From assembly GCA_964016885.1 (NCBI GenBank), contig CAXHJY010000194.1:1-64000 (forward strand): a stretch of 64,000 nt of DNA, given 5' to 3'. Below the pieces are notes generated by a model that saw only the letters and a list, made by a program, of their open reading frames with translations, was not told the origin of the DNA and did no database searches. Both the position numbers and the translations under genes were made by a program. Position 1 is the stretch's first letter; each line of letters opens with the position of its first letter. The stretch comes from Eledone cirrhosa. Lineage: Eukaryota. This document shows positions 25,491-38,416 of the stretch, in pieces.

Positions 25491-26549
25491 AGGTGTGTGA
25501 TGTCTGTGTGTGTGTTTGTGTGAGCCTGTATGTCGGTGTGTGTATGAGCCTGTGTCCTGTATGTATGTGTGTGTATGAATATGTGTGTTTATGTGAGTGT
25601 GTGTGTGTGTCTGTCTATGTGCTGTGGGAACAGTTTAACATTGACGACTTAGTGTTATCAATTCCACAACTACCGCCTTCTCCATTATCTCCACCCCACC
25701 ACTGCCATCTCCACCACCAACACCACTATTACCCACCACCAATACCACCATTACCCACCACCAATACCACCACCATACACACCATATATAGGCGTGACTT
25801 ATATAGTTGTGACTTTCTTACTGGACCTACAAAACCTCAATTCAAAATATATGGTACATGAGATTAGTGAAGAATTCAGGTCCATCAGGGCTTGGCCCTC
25901 AGCCCACTCCAGTTGATAGCTATAAATAATAGCTTAGGAAATCGGGTAAAAGGCCCTTAGCGACAGAAAAAGGTTGCCAGTATAGAGCTCCAATATTTCT
26001 CAAATTCCAGCCAAGTGCTCTAACAATTGAGCTAAGGGACCATCTGGTCACATATGTTTGAATTAGATATCTATACTATGAACAGCTGGGATGTAAACAG
26101 TCTTCTGTATAAACCGATTCTGATATTGTTGTTGTTACTGTTGATGCTGTTGTAGTTGTTGTTACTGTTATTGTTGTTGTTACTGTTATTGTTGCTGTTG
26201 TAGTTGTTATTTTTGAGGCTGCTGTTGTAGTTGTTGCTGTTATAGTTGTTGCTGTTGTTGCTGATGCTGTTGTAGCTGTTACTGTTGTTGTTGTTGATGC
26301 TGTTTTATAGATGTGTCATTATCTAATTATGATAGTTATTTAGTAAAAGAAGCATATTCTTTGTCTCCCTTCCCTTCTTTCTCTCTACACCCCTCCTCTC
26401 TCTTTCCGCCTTCCTGCCCCCCTCCCCCCTCTCTGCCTTCCCGTTTCACTCTCCTTTATTTTCCTTGTCTACACCTCACTCTCTCTGCTTTCTTGCCTCC
26501 CCCTCCCGTCTTGTGACCCCTATCAGGGATTTCCAACACTTAACATCCC

Positions 26550-26731
26550 TCAAACCTCTATCACCACTACCTTTTCTTTTGTTGTCAATGGGGTGGCCAT
26601 GGCGATGGGGGGGGGGGGGGGGGGGGGGGTGGCGGTGAGAGGGGGGGGGGGGGTGAAGAGGGGAGTTGATGTGATGATACATTGATACAAATCTTCTGTG
26701 TCAATGACACTGAAGTCATCACTGGGTTGAA
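26550..26731 (-). CDS. Candidate exon, strand ambiguous (QPSDDFSVIDTEDLYQCIITSTPLF...KEKVVVIEV*)
   Basis: Minus strand has acceptor ctacctttttactcacag and an open frame to a stop. The same bases read on + give an acceptor ending at 26526 and donor GTGAGT at 26734, but all three + frames contain stops. Confidence 0.3.
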
Positions 26732-26744
26732 CTGTGAGTAAAAA

Positions 26745-27580
26745 GGTAGTGGTGGTAGTTGTAGTGGTGATGGTGATGGTGGTGGTGGTGGTGGTAGTAG
26801 TTGTAGTAGTAGTGTTGTTGGTGGTGGTAGTGGTGGTGGTGTTAGTAGTGTTAGTGTTGGTGGTGGTGGTGGTAGTAGTGTTGGTGGTGGTAGTAGTGTT
26901 GTTGGTGGTAGTAGTTGTAGTAGTAGTGTTGTTGGTGGTGTTAGTAGTGTTAGTATTGGGGGGGGGGGTAGTGGTGGTGCTAGTAGTGGTGGTGGTGGTG
27001 GTAGTAGTGTTGGTGGTGGTAGTAGTAGTAGTGTTGTTGGTGGTGGTGGTGGAGGTAGTAGTGGTTGTGGTGGTAGTAGTGTTGTTGTTGGTGGTAGTAG
27101 TGGTGTTGGTGGTAGTAGTAGAGTTGGTGGTGGTGGTAGTAGTGTTGGTGGTGGTAGTGGTGGTAGTGTTGGTGGTGGTGGTAGTAGTGTTGGTGGTGGT
27201 GGTGGTAGTAGTGTTGTTGGTGGTAGTAGTAGTGTTGTTGGTGGTGGAGGTAGTTGTGGTGGTAATAGTAGTGTTGTTGGTGGTAGTAGTGGTGTTGGTG
27301 GTAGTAGTAGAGTTGGTGGTAGTGGTAATAGTAGAGTTGGTGGTGGTAGTAGTGGTGGTGGTGTTGGTGGTGTTAGTGTAGTTGTTGGTGGTCATGTTGT
27401 TGGTGTTGGTGGTGGTAGTAGTGTTGTAGTTAATATTGTTGGTGGTAGTGGTGGTGGTTGTGGTGTTATTGCTGTTCTTGGTGTAATTGTTGTTGTTGTG
27501 TAATTGTTGTTGGTAGTGGTGTTGTTGCTGGTGGTAGTGCTGGTGGTGGTGGTGGTGGTGGTAGTGGTGGTAGTGTTGAT
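26745..27580. repeat. Long (GTG/GTA/GTT)n compound trinucleotide repeat
   Basis: Direct reading; accounts for the poly-Thr and poly-Val ORFs. Confidence 0.95.
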
Positions 27581-27679
27581 GGTGACAATCGTAATTGGGG
27601 AGGGGGGGTTCTATCTCAATCAAATTGTCTAAATACAAAACAGTGATGTTATCTGCTTTCCCTTATTCTGAAATTTAAA

Positions 27680-28770
27680 CACCAGACCCTATAAATGGAC
27701 CAGACTCTATACATAGCAATATCTTCTTTCCCCTATTATAAACCCAAGACCCATAGCAACATCAGCTCTCCCCTATTATAAACCCAAGACCCTATACACA
27801 GCAATATCTGCTCTTCCCTATTATAAATCCAAGACCCTATACCCAGTAATATCTACTCTTTCCCTATTATAAACCCAAGACCCTATACACAGCAATATCT
27901 GCTCTTCCCTATTATAAATCCAAGACCCTATACCCAGCAATATCTACTCTTTCCCTATTATAAACCCAAGACCCTATACACAGCAATATCTACTCTTCCC
28001 TATTATAAATCCAACCCTATACCCAGCAATATCTACTCTTTGCTTATTATAAACTCTATATATGGAGGCATATGGCTTAGTGGTTAGAGCATTGGCCTTG
28101 CAATCGAAAGGTGAGTTCAATTCTCAGACCGGGTGATGTGTTGTTTCCTTGAGCAAGACACTTTATTTCACATTGCTCCAGTTTACTCAGCTGTAAAAAT
28201 GAGATGATAGGACTGGGTTCCCTATCATTCCACTGCAAAAGTGGTCGTGGAGGTGCCACGGAAAACAAAGCACCCAGCCCGCACTGTAAAGTGGAATGTA
28301 GGCGCCACTGAAAAAAGCACCCAGCACTCACTGTAAATGAGGTTGGTGTTAGGAAGGGCATCCAGCTGTAGAAATCAAGCCAGAATCAGTTCCCGTCCCA
28401 CCCTTGCAAGCAGGGAAAAGCGGACCTAAAATGATGATGATGATGATATACCCTATATAGTCAAATGTTTGCTATCTCTTACTGTAAAATCTAAACCCTG
28501 GCAACACCTACTCTAACCTTTTATAAACCCTAAACCTGAAAATTTATATATAGCAATACCTGCTCTCTCCCTGATTGTAATAGCCTATATATTATAAATG
28601 GCAATACCTGCTTTCCCCTATTGCATACAGAACAGTACTTGCTATCTGCCTATTGTAAACCCTGACCCGAAACCCTATCCAGGGCAATACTTGCTCCCAC
28701 CCTATATAGTAAAACCTAGCCCCTATATATAGCAATATTTTCTCTCCCCTATTGTAAACCCTATACCTAG
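27680..28770. repeat. ~45-bp minisatellite interrupted by a SINE
   Basis: Unit ccctattataaacccaagaccctatacacagcaatatctgctctt, about 8 good copies to 28060, degenerate copies after 28450. Confidence 0.85.
28065..28448 (+). mobile_element. Full-length CORE-type SINE with RTE-derived 3' tail
   Basis: tRNA head, ccttgagcaagacactt core, aggaagggcatccagc body, gcaagcagggaaaagcggacctaaa(atg)n tail. Confidence 0.85.
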
Positions 28771-29007
28771 CACTGACACAGTGAACCTAAGAACACTCAA
28801 GAACATTGACGGAGCTTAGTTTAACACCACCACTTAATCCATCTCCTGGTTTAACACTACCACCTGGCCCTTTGGTATCTTTAACATTTTGCTGTAGGCA
28901 TTTAGAGCTAGTGTCTTGCTTAAGGCTATCCCCCCCCCCCCCCCCCCCCGCCATCCCAAGGGCCCTAAACAGGGTTATGAATTCCTCCTTGCCTTTCCTG
29001 ACTAAAC

Positions 29008-29590
29008 AACATCATCATCATCTTTCCGAGCTATGTATACCTGTCATCTAAGTACTCTCTTAGCTACCTGGACTGGTCTCTGCTACTCCCATTTTCCCAG
29101 TCTTTCCACTCCTATCCCCTGGCTTTAATGATTTTATCCACTGTGCTGTTCCAACAACAGGCCACCTTCTGTCTGGCTGACGCTCTGCTTCAGCTACATG
29201 TCTCATCAGTAGTTTGCAAAAGGTTGTTATGTAAGAATTTCCAATTGTACTCTGTCATATGAATCTAACTCGTCTCTCCTTTTTAAACCTATATTTAACA
29301 GAAAGGTCCTTAAGCTTCCAAACTGTCCATCTTCATATTTTCCTGTGTCTCTTGTCCGTCTTGTGTTTATCCTGATATCACTAATAACTAACTTGTGTTG
29401 GGTTGTACATTCTTCCCTGGGGAAGGCATTAGCAATTATTACTGTCTGTCTATTTCATCTTACAAGTAAGAAATCAATCTGGTTTGTGTGTTTGCCTTGT
29501 TGGTTTCCTGAAATTTTGTTGCAAATGGTTAGTTCATTTGCAACACAGATTTCCAGGAGCCTCACTCTCTCTTCATTTCTTGAGCCATAA
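29008..29590 (-). mobile_element. Internally deleted LINE (APE motif joined to 3' end)
   Basis: Minus strand NQIDFLLV (AP-endonuclease motif) close to a (GAT)n tail at 29008-29022. Confidence 0.55.
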
Positions 29591-29719
29591 CCATAGCTGC
29601 TGTTATTCTGTACAAATCATGTTACATAGGGAAAATAACAATAAAGATTTGAAGATGCACCTAATATTGTTTATATACATGTACATTTACAATACACAAT
29701 GAAAAGAAATGAGTTCATA

Positions 29720-30640
29720 CAAAATAAATTATAGTTTTTTTTTTTATAGGTAGGTTTTCAGAAATAGTCAAGAATATCTAATTTATGTTTTCACTAACCA
29801 GCTTTGTTGTGTGTGTTTCATTTTGATTTGTGTTGGATATATTTTTTCTCACATGTTGATATATGCCATGTTGAATTATGTCTTCCATGTGTTGTTTAGC
29901 CTTTATGTTTTTGTTTTTCTATAAAAGGGGTGCAGCTGGTTGTATCTTTGTCGTTTATATCAAATATAATACAACTCATAACAATGGACATAACTCTGGT
30001 TTGTCTATGAATTTATTGTACATTGAGTTGATTTTCAGTTTGTATTTGTTTATAAAATATTTTTCCTTGTTGAAGCATTTTTGTTCCGATGTGGAATAGC
30101 TGCATGTTTTGTCCTTTGCAATCCTCTATATGTTAAATAAGAGGAATGTTTCTGGTGTACAGTTCCTTAATTCGTTGATGATGTACTGTCGTTTGTCGAG
30201 ATATCAGACCTGTTTGACCAATGTAGTGCTCATGTCAACCTTTACATATATTAAATCGTGTGAGTTACATGAGAAGTTGTTTTTAATTTTGAAAATAGGT
30301 TCCTCTTTTAAGTGAAATTTGGGACCTTCTAATAGATAACTTTATAGTCCTGACTTCAGGATCTTTAAAATATGCTTTGAAGTTTTCCATTCATCAGTGT
30401 CTTTTTTAATAACTTTGGCTGTCTTTTACTTTATATAATTGGATATTTTTTGTAAGAGGCTTTTCATATTATTGTCCTTTAGTAGAATAGATAGGTTTAG
30501 TTGTGTGTGCAGATTTCGATGTTCTTTGGATTAAAAGTTGAAATATATGGTGTAACAACATTTTCTTTTTTTCTTTTTGTTTCTCGGATTCCCTGGATGT
30601 TAATTTGTCTAGCTTTTTAAATACTATTATTGATTAGTCG
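29720..30640 (-). mobile_element. Penelope-like element remnant with GIY-YIG endonuclease
   Basis: Minus-strand translation across frameshifts: PYISTFNPKN...KSKRQPKLLKKTL...FKIKNNFSCNSHDLIYV...HYIGQTG...VHHQRI...KYFINKYK, matching the PLE linker plus GIY-YIG pattern. Confidence 0.75.
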
Positions 30641-31519
30641 ATAAAATAAAGTACCAGTAATGCACTGGGATAATTACTGGCCTAGTGCCAAATGTAGAAA
30701 CAATTGATTAAAACCTGAGGATATTTTCTCTTGATGGGTATTTTTTTTTATCTCTTCTAGTTTGTGGTCTTTTGTTGGGTTTTGAAAGTTTTTTTGTTTG
30801 AGTTTCCCTCCATAAAATAAAACAGTTATCCAGGAATCTTTTTCATTTTCTTTTTTTATAGCAACCTGTGTAAAAAAGTAAGATGCTATGGATTGATTTG
30901 ATGTATCCATCCGATCATTTGATAGTGCAAATGTCTATGGTTTGGTGGGGTTATACGTTTTAGACACAATAAAAAGTAAATTCCCAGTCTTTAATATAGG
31001 TCTGTATTGTGACAAAGGTCTGGCCCAAAATGAGCCATAAAAAGGGTCATGATCTTAAGAAAAACGTCATAACCAGTATGCTTACAAATCCTGTCCCCCA
31101 TTCACCTTATTCTCATCATAAACTTGAAGAAGTAGAGAGGGGGAATATTTAGCTCCCCGCTTGCCAGTGTACTCACACTCTCCCCCACATGTCTCCCCTA
31201 TACCCAGCCTACTTCCCCCTTCTTCATCCAGCCCATGCCAGCGTTTTAGCTCAGGTAGACTTCTAATTCATCTTCCTTGCTCACTTTTGTCCCCCCCCCC
31301 CCCCTTCATTAACACTCGTCCCTGACTCACCTTTCCCATCCAACCCAAGCTGACATTGAAAACTAGGCACATTCCAAAATCTGTCAAACACCATCCACTT
31401 GATTCAGGGTCACTGCCATCACCCAGCACTTCTCCCATAGTAGGATGCATCCCTTCTCCTGCAAGTAACATAGCCTGCACCCCTTTCATCAATGGAGTCT
31501 GACACACTGGGCACCCTAG

Positions 31520-31850
31520 TTTTGTCTCGAAGTAGTGCTGGTTCCATGACAAAAGGCACCAAGTCTGCACAGTAAAATGACAGTGCTGGTGCCACAACCA
31601 AAAGCATCCAATCCACCCAGTAAGATGTTAGTGTTGGAATCACGACAAAGTTCCCAGTACATACTGTAGAGTGGTTGACATTAGGAAGAGCATCCAGCCA
31701 TAGAAGCCAAGCCAAAAATGGAGCATATAAGCAAGATGTCACCCAGTTAGATTAGACTCAGTGTGTGACAGTCTATCTAACCCACGACTCAGTATGTGAC
31801 AGCCCATCACACCCATGTATGCATGGAAAATAGATAAGAAATGGTGATCA
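31520..31850 (+). mobile_element. SINE 3' body with RTE tail
   Basis: ttaggaagagcatccagcc...cccatgtatgcatggaaaatag. Confidence 0.65.
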
Positions 31851-32139
31851 TTTATAGATTCTGTGCATTCATTTTGTTACTAATTTCGATTTCTTGTTGA
31901 TCAGTGTTACTGTTCTCAAAATAGATGCAGAGTGCTTCACCTGAGCAGAAATTACAGGGTATCCTTTCCCTGTGTACAATTGGGTCTTGGTGATAATAGT
32001 TCAGCTTAGGTGGTATGGATATGTCTAACCTGTGCTAGCATGGAAAATGGGCGTTAAACGATGATGATATATATATATGTGTATGTATGAGTGTTTGTAT
32101 ATATGTGATTATCATTGTGTGTGTGCGCGCGCACACACT

Positions 32140-33100
32140 GCATCTAATCCTTCTTATGCATAAGTTTTCAGTCAGTTTGCTAACACTTTGTCTTTCATGC
32201 GCACTAACATTACATATCCATCAAAGCATGCTCATCTCATTTCTATCCAATCATTGTAGATACTCTGCAGTCAAGGCCCAAGTTTTGCTTCCTTGCAGCA
32301 TTACAGTTCACGCACAGGCATCATACAATCTGCCTTTCATTTTAAAGAAGAAACCCTTTGTAGTCAGCAGAAGTAGTAGCTGTCTGAACTTTTTTTTACC
32401 TAATTATCACTTTAGCTTCTTTGCTTTCGGGTCATCCACCCCCCATTGCTAATTAAATCACCTAGGTACCAGAAACTGGCAACTGTTGCTATGGGGCCAT
32501 CTGAGCATTTGATAGAGCCTGTTTCATGTAACCTCTTGCTATTTACCATTCCTGTGTATCTACTACATCACTGTATAAAATTTTTACCCATTCCTTTTTT
32601 GCACATTGAGCATGGTCATTTCCCTGATTGAATCAGGGCCCTGCTCCTTTTCCTACTTACTAGGACTTTAGTCTTGGTTATGCTGATTTTGAGATCTAGA
32701 TCGTTGCTAAACTGGAGTTCCTATGGGCAGCCAGTCTTAAACTCCTCTGTTACAGCCTGAAGAACTATAATAAACAGATAAAGGTTAGGGACAGAACTGT
32801 GGTGGACCCTTTTTTGTATGTTAAACTCATCACTATACTTATTTTAACTCAGACCTTGCTAACTGCTCCCCTGTACATGGTTTGTATACCCCTCACCAGC
32901 CACTTATCTACTCCTAATTTCCTAAGAGCCCACCAGATTATGGAATGAAGTATCCTGTCAAAAGCTTTCTCCAGGTCAACAAATGTTAAGTAGTGGGGCT
33001 TACTTTTAACTGGCATATATCTGAATTGCATCTCATTTAAATTAACTTGATTCCTAATTAGTTACATAACTTTTTCTGTAACTTTCATCACCCCCTGATC
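32140..33100 (-). mobile_element. Decayed RTE LINE
   Basis: ORF 32849-33031 LTFVDLEKAFDRILHSIIWWALRKLGVDKWLV, plus downstream motifs. Confidence 0.85.
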
Positions 33101-33119
33101 TGTCAAGTTATTGGCAATG

Positions 33120-33828
33120 GATGTCAGAGGTTATGCTGGTGTTTGGTGGGAGCTGCTCGTAGTGGATGATATTTTTTGAGTCCCACCAGTAGGGCCTTGC
33201 TTGCCATTGTGGTGCACTCTATCAACCCATGAATGTTTGCACTTGACATTAATTTAGAAACACCATTTTTCATCACCAATGATATCAGAATATAACCAGC
33301 TGGTTGTGTGATAGTAGTAGAGCAGAGAAATCACAATTACTGTCTGACATTCATGATTGTGGTGAGTCAGATTGTGGTGCATCCATTGATCCAGCTTGGA
33401 TGCCTTCCCTATTGCATGCAAGTAATTGAGGATGGTTGTTTTTGATGCTCCAAACACTTGGAAGAGTTGACGTGATGTCTGGCATGGGTCAGCTTCCACC
33501 AATTCATGCAGTGGTTCGTCATTGAAGTCAGATAGATTTCCTGCTTGAGGTCGATCTTCAAGGCTGAAATCACCAGAACAGAAGCATGCAAACCAGTCCC
33601 TGGCACTGCCTTCAGACATGGTGTGTGACCCAAATGCATTGTGTGATGACACAAATAAATGATTTGGATAGATCCATGTTGTTTCCCCTTTGACTGCGTA
33701 ACAGGAAATGAAAAATACACACAGTGCATACCAACATCATATGTAGGCATACGCAATCTTCAACATTTCCAGAAAACTCTACCAAAATACCTGTTTGAAA
33801 AACGGTGGGAACTTTTTGTCCAACCCAA
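33120..33828 (-). mobile_element. Mariner transposon remnant (truncated transposase)
   Basis: ORF 33254-33652: WF..F.SGDFSLED.P, WMHHNL (WVPHEL motif), GDEKW. TIR TTGGGTTGGACAAAAAGTTCC next to TA. A KVML-like segment at 33127-33180 is inverted. Confidence 0.9.
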
Positions 33829-33919
33829 TATATATATATTGTGTGCGTATGTATATATATATATATATATTATGTATTTTTCACATATTATTTGTATTGT
33901 ATGCATATTTATATCTCAT

Positions 33920-35240
33920 ATATAATTCTATTACCAACATTAAAATAATCTCTTAAAACCAAATAAAATCACTTGAGACATACAATGCAAAAACATTCAA
34001 CATATATTTGAACTTGAATCAAAACTCTCTACAATCAATGCTATAACAATAGTTATAATAACAACATCCAACCCATTATACAGGCTCGGAGGTGACAAAC
34101 TTCATCAAACCAGTCATCCTCATTTCTGTTTAGCTGCAGCAACTAGTACTCCATTCCATTTTCTTAATACTTAACTACCAAATTTACTAACACCATAAAC
34201 TCACAACCATCTAACCCCATACAAAATTTAAGTCAATCAACTTACTTTCTATAATGAAAAAAAAAAGAGAAAGCTACAATTAGCCAAAACCAATTAATCT
34301 CCTTGAATTAACAATTAAATTAAATAGAGATCAAATCACGTCACACTTCACTATTTATGCTCAAAACTTAAATAAAGAATTAAATACATTAAAACTAAAA
34401 ATGAAATCATACAAAGATCATTGTTTTTATGTCCACTTTTCTATGATTGCATGGGTTGGATGGGTCCTTTTCAGCATAGCGTCTCTCCACTTGCCACATT
34501 CCTTCGTCATCTCCTCAGCAATTTGCGATCAGCTCTCACCACCTCTGTCCAGGTCTTCTTTGGTCTACCTTTACTGCGGCTTCCCTCCACTGCAATTTCC
34601 TGGCACTTCTTCACCCAGCAATCATGATCCATGCATATCACATGTCATACCAGTCTTCTTTCTTGCCCACCACTTCTGATTCCTCTTGGACACCACTTCT
34701 GGTTCCTCTTAAAACCAGTTTCTTCTTCAGTTTATCCAAGCTCTGCCTTTCTTTCACATTTACATTGCACATTCAACGATGTTTGGTTGCTTCATTTCTA
34801 TCCAGTATTCCCTCTTAAAATTCAGTTGCTACAATTACTTGTACACTGGCACCATTAACAGAGGAAGAAGTAAGCACGTTAGACTACGTCTGCCCATTTT
34901 AGTCTCTTTGCTGAAAAATGCAAGGGAAATTTCTGTTATGCACACACCCCTATGTCTTCCACATAACTGGACATTCGCTAAGAAACCAAATACAGGACTA
35001 GAGTCCCCCCTCCCTAATTAATCATCTAATATCATCAATATATTAAAGATCAACAATCACAACACTAACACATTCTACTACCAAATGTGCTCCCCAACTT
35101 AGAATTCAACTGCAAGCCAGAAATAATCCCCAACTTTACCAGGCCACAATTGAAGTGCTTAACTAACAATTTCTTATTGTGTCTCTGCATAAACATTTGT
35201 TCAACCAGGTCATTCTCCTTATCAATAAAGACCTTAGACT
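33920..35240 (+). mobile_element. Possible highly decayed Penelope-like N-terminal region, split by an RTE fragment (34420-34810, -)
   Basis: Strong A/C strand bias and an LTEEEVSTL-like motif; weak. Confidence 0.3.
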
Positions 35241-36100
35241 GTATAATAATAATACCATACTTTATTACTTGTATGTGCACGTATCTATATGTGTGTGTGT
35301 GTGTGTGTGTGATACATATCTTTGTGTAGGAACTTGTGTGTGTGGCTTTGTATACATTTGTATGACTGTATATGTATGTTTGTATGTGTATGAAGACAAC
35401 AGGAGAGATATTATTTCTCCCACACTAGCCACCTTCATTATACTAGTTCCACATTCTGTTGTAGTGTAGCCTAGTGGTTACAGTCTGGGACTTACAATCA
35501 TAATACCATGAGTTTGATTCCTGGACCTGGCAGCATGTGTTTGTAAGCAAAATGCTTAATTTCACATAGCTTTTCATGATAGGACTAGAGGTCCCCTCCT
35601 TAAACAAATCTGCTGTAAGATGGGATTGTGTAGGAGGCAAGATAAACCTACTTAGGTGTGCACAGTCACAACAAAACACACACATATACATTCATGGATT
35701 CATAATAGAACTGAAGGCCCTATTATTGAAACACCCATGAAACCTCCTATGGGGTACAATCTTATAGTTGGCCAGCTAAACCTGCATATGTGTGACATGT
35801 AACAACATGATAGGACAGAGACCTATATCATTAAAACACCCAAGAAACCTCCTATGAGATACAATCTTATAGGACACTAGGTAAACCTGCATATGTGTGG
35901 GATGTGAGTTTCATTTTTTTTTTTCATGTTTCTTGCCCCTTGTTCATTTCCTAATCCTCAGGTCCATTCTGTAAGTCTATTGTGGCCTCTACTTGGTTCC
36001 CAACCCACCCACTCCCAGTAAACTTATTACCCAGTAAACTTATTACCAAACCAGAATGATCAAACCATCTCCCTGTTATTTTTTTTTTGTTTGTTTGCAG

Positions 36101-36169
36101 GGGTATATCATCACATGGAAACCAACCTCCGCTGTCTCGTCTGCCCCAACAACAACAACAACATCATAA
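36101..36169 (+). CDS. Weak candidate exon (GYIITWKPTSAVSSAPTTTTTS* in phase 0)
   Basis: Strong acceptor ttttttttttgtttgtttgcag ending at 36100 followed by unique sequence. Frame and even strand are undetermined. Confidence 0.3.
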   Translation, partial: GYIITWKPTSAVSSAPTTTTTS

Positions 36170-36182
36170 TTCGTGATGGCAA

Positions 36183-36217
<35 letters not shown>

Positions 36218-36409
36218 GACAACATCCTAACTCATGACGGCAAATATATACATTTATATATATATATATATATAATATATATACATATATATATATATAT
36301 GTATGTATACACACACATGCATATTTGCACACATGCATACCTGTGATGGCAAATATCTAAATACACACACATACAACATTCTAACTCATGACAGTAATAT
36401 CAGTTAAGT

Positions 36410-36600
36410 GATAAAACCACCACCACCACTACCACCACCACCACCACCACCACCACCACCACCACCACCACCACCACCACTACTACTACTATTACTACTA
36501 CCACTACCACTATCACTACCACTACCACCACCATCACCATTACCACCAATACTACTACTACTACTACTACCATCACCACTATTACAGCCACCACCACCAC
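36410..36600. repeat. (CCA/CTA)n microsatellite
   Basis: Direct reading. Confidence 0.95.
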
Positions 36601-38104
36601 TATACAGAAGTAGTGAAGAAAAGATGCTGTCTTACTCATGCGGCAGTGTCGGTGGCACTAGCACCAACTCCGACTCCCCCCACCTTCATCATCAGCTGTT
36701 CAGGGTGGTGGGGGGGGGGGCATGTTACCACAACGACCAGACTCTTTAGAACCACAGAAAAAAAAAAAGACATATTCCAATTGGATTGGACGACCCAGAC
36801 CAGATCTCTCTTCTTGGATTACATTTCTACTTCCTCACACTTAACTGTATCACTTTCACAGTGAACATTATTATTACTATTATCATTATTATTATCATGG
36901 CGGTGGATTGGCAGAATTGGTAGAGCGTCGGACACTATGCTTCGCAGCATTGAGTTATGACCCTTTACAATCTGAGTTCAAATCATGCCGAGGTTAGCTT
37001 TCATCCTTACGGGGTCGATAAAATAAAGTACCAGTAATGTACTGGTGTCAATTTAATCAACTTCCCTTCCCCCAAAATTGCTGGCCTTGTGCCTAAATCA
37101 GAAACCATTATTATTATATTGGCAGAATTGGTAGCGCGTCAAACAAATGCTTAGCAGTAGTTGTTCTGGCTCTTTACTTTCTTTGTTTGAATCTCGCCAA
37201 GGTCAACATTGCCTTTCATCTTTCTAAGGTTGATAAAATAGAGTATCCAGTAAAGTATTGGGGTTCAATATAATCGATGTTCCCCTTCCCTCAGATTGCT
37301 ATTATTATTATTATTATTATTATTATTGGGTGGTGGATTGACAGTATTGGTAGAGAGTCGGACGCCATGCTTTCCAGCATAGTTACGTCCCTTTACGGTC
37401 TGAGTTCAAATCCCGCCAAGGTTGACTTTGCCTTTTGTCCTTACGGGGTCGATAAAATAAAGTACCAGTAATGCACTGGGTAATTGTTGGCCTTGTGCCT
37501 AAAGTAGAAACAATTATTATTATTATTATTATTATTGATATTGTTATTATTATGGTGGTGGATTGGCAGAATCGGTAGAGCGTTGGACACCTTGCTTTTC
37601 AATGTAGTCACAGTTCTTTACATTCTGAGTTCAAATCCCGCCGAGGTTAGCTTTGCCTTTCATCCTTACGGGGTCGATAAAATAAAGTACCAGTAATACA
37701 CTGGGGTCGATTTAATCGACTGTCTCCTCCCCCAAAATTGCTGGCCTTGTGCCTAAATCAGAAACCATTATTATTACTGTTCTTATCATCATCATTATCA
37801 TCAACATCACCTTTATTATCATCATCCCCCCCACCATGTGAAGGCATGTGACCTAGTGGTTAGGGTGGTGTGTTCTTGAACAAGACATTTAATTTCACAT
37901 TGCTATTCATGTTAGGACTGTGAGCCCTATCATTAAAACACCCCCCAAAACCCACCAGATATAAACTCGTAGAAGACCAGCTAAATCTCACAAGTATGAG
38001 CTAGGAATTCATTTTTTTCATTTTTATTTTTCATCACCATCACCATCGTCATCAGCACTATGCATCAGCACTAAAATTACAAGTATATATAACATCACTC
38101 TTTC

Positions 38105-38416
38105 TATGCATATATTATACATACATATATATATTATATATATTATATATTATATATATATATATATTATACATATATATATACATATATATATATACAT
38201 ATCGTATATAATGCATATATTATATATATATATTATGCATATATTATATATATATATTATGCATATATTATATATATATATATATATATATTATGCATAT
38301 ATTATATGTATGTATATTATGCATATATTATATGTATGTATATTATGCATATATTATATGTATGTATATTATACATACATATATGTATGTATATTATATA
38401 TATATATATATATATG
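38105..38416. repeat. (TA)n-derived tract with tattatgcata units
   Basis: Direct reading. Confidence 0.9.

Noticed and set aside
26734-27638. Long poly-Thr (mucin-like) and poly-Val ORFs
   Set aside because: They are translations of a compound trinucleotide microsatellite, open on both strands.
27680-28060. CRISPR-like regular repeats (also 14922-15110 and 54885-55450)
   Set aside because: There are no unique spacers or cas genes, and the context is eukaryotic; these are plain minisatellites.
33254-33652. SETMAR-like domesticated gene
   Set aside because: Truncated mariner with TIR, no SET domain, and a disrupted and partly inverted catalytic domain.
36898-37115. tRNA genes in SINE heads
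   Set aside because: A/B boxes are present, but there is no consistent cloverleaf or anticodon, and they continue into a repeated SINE body.
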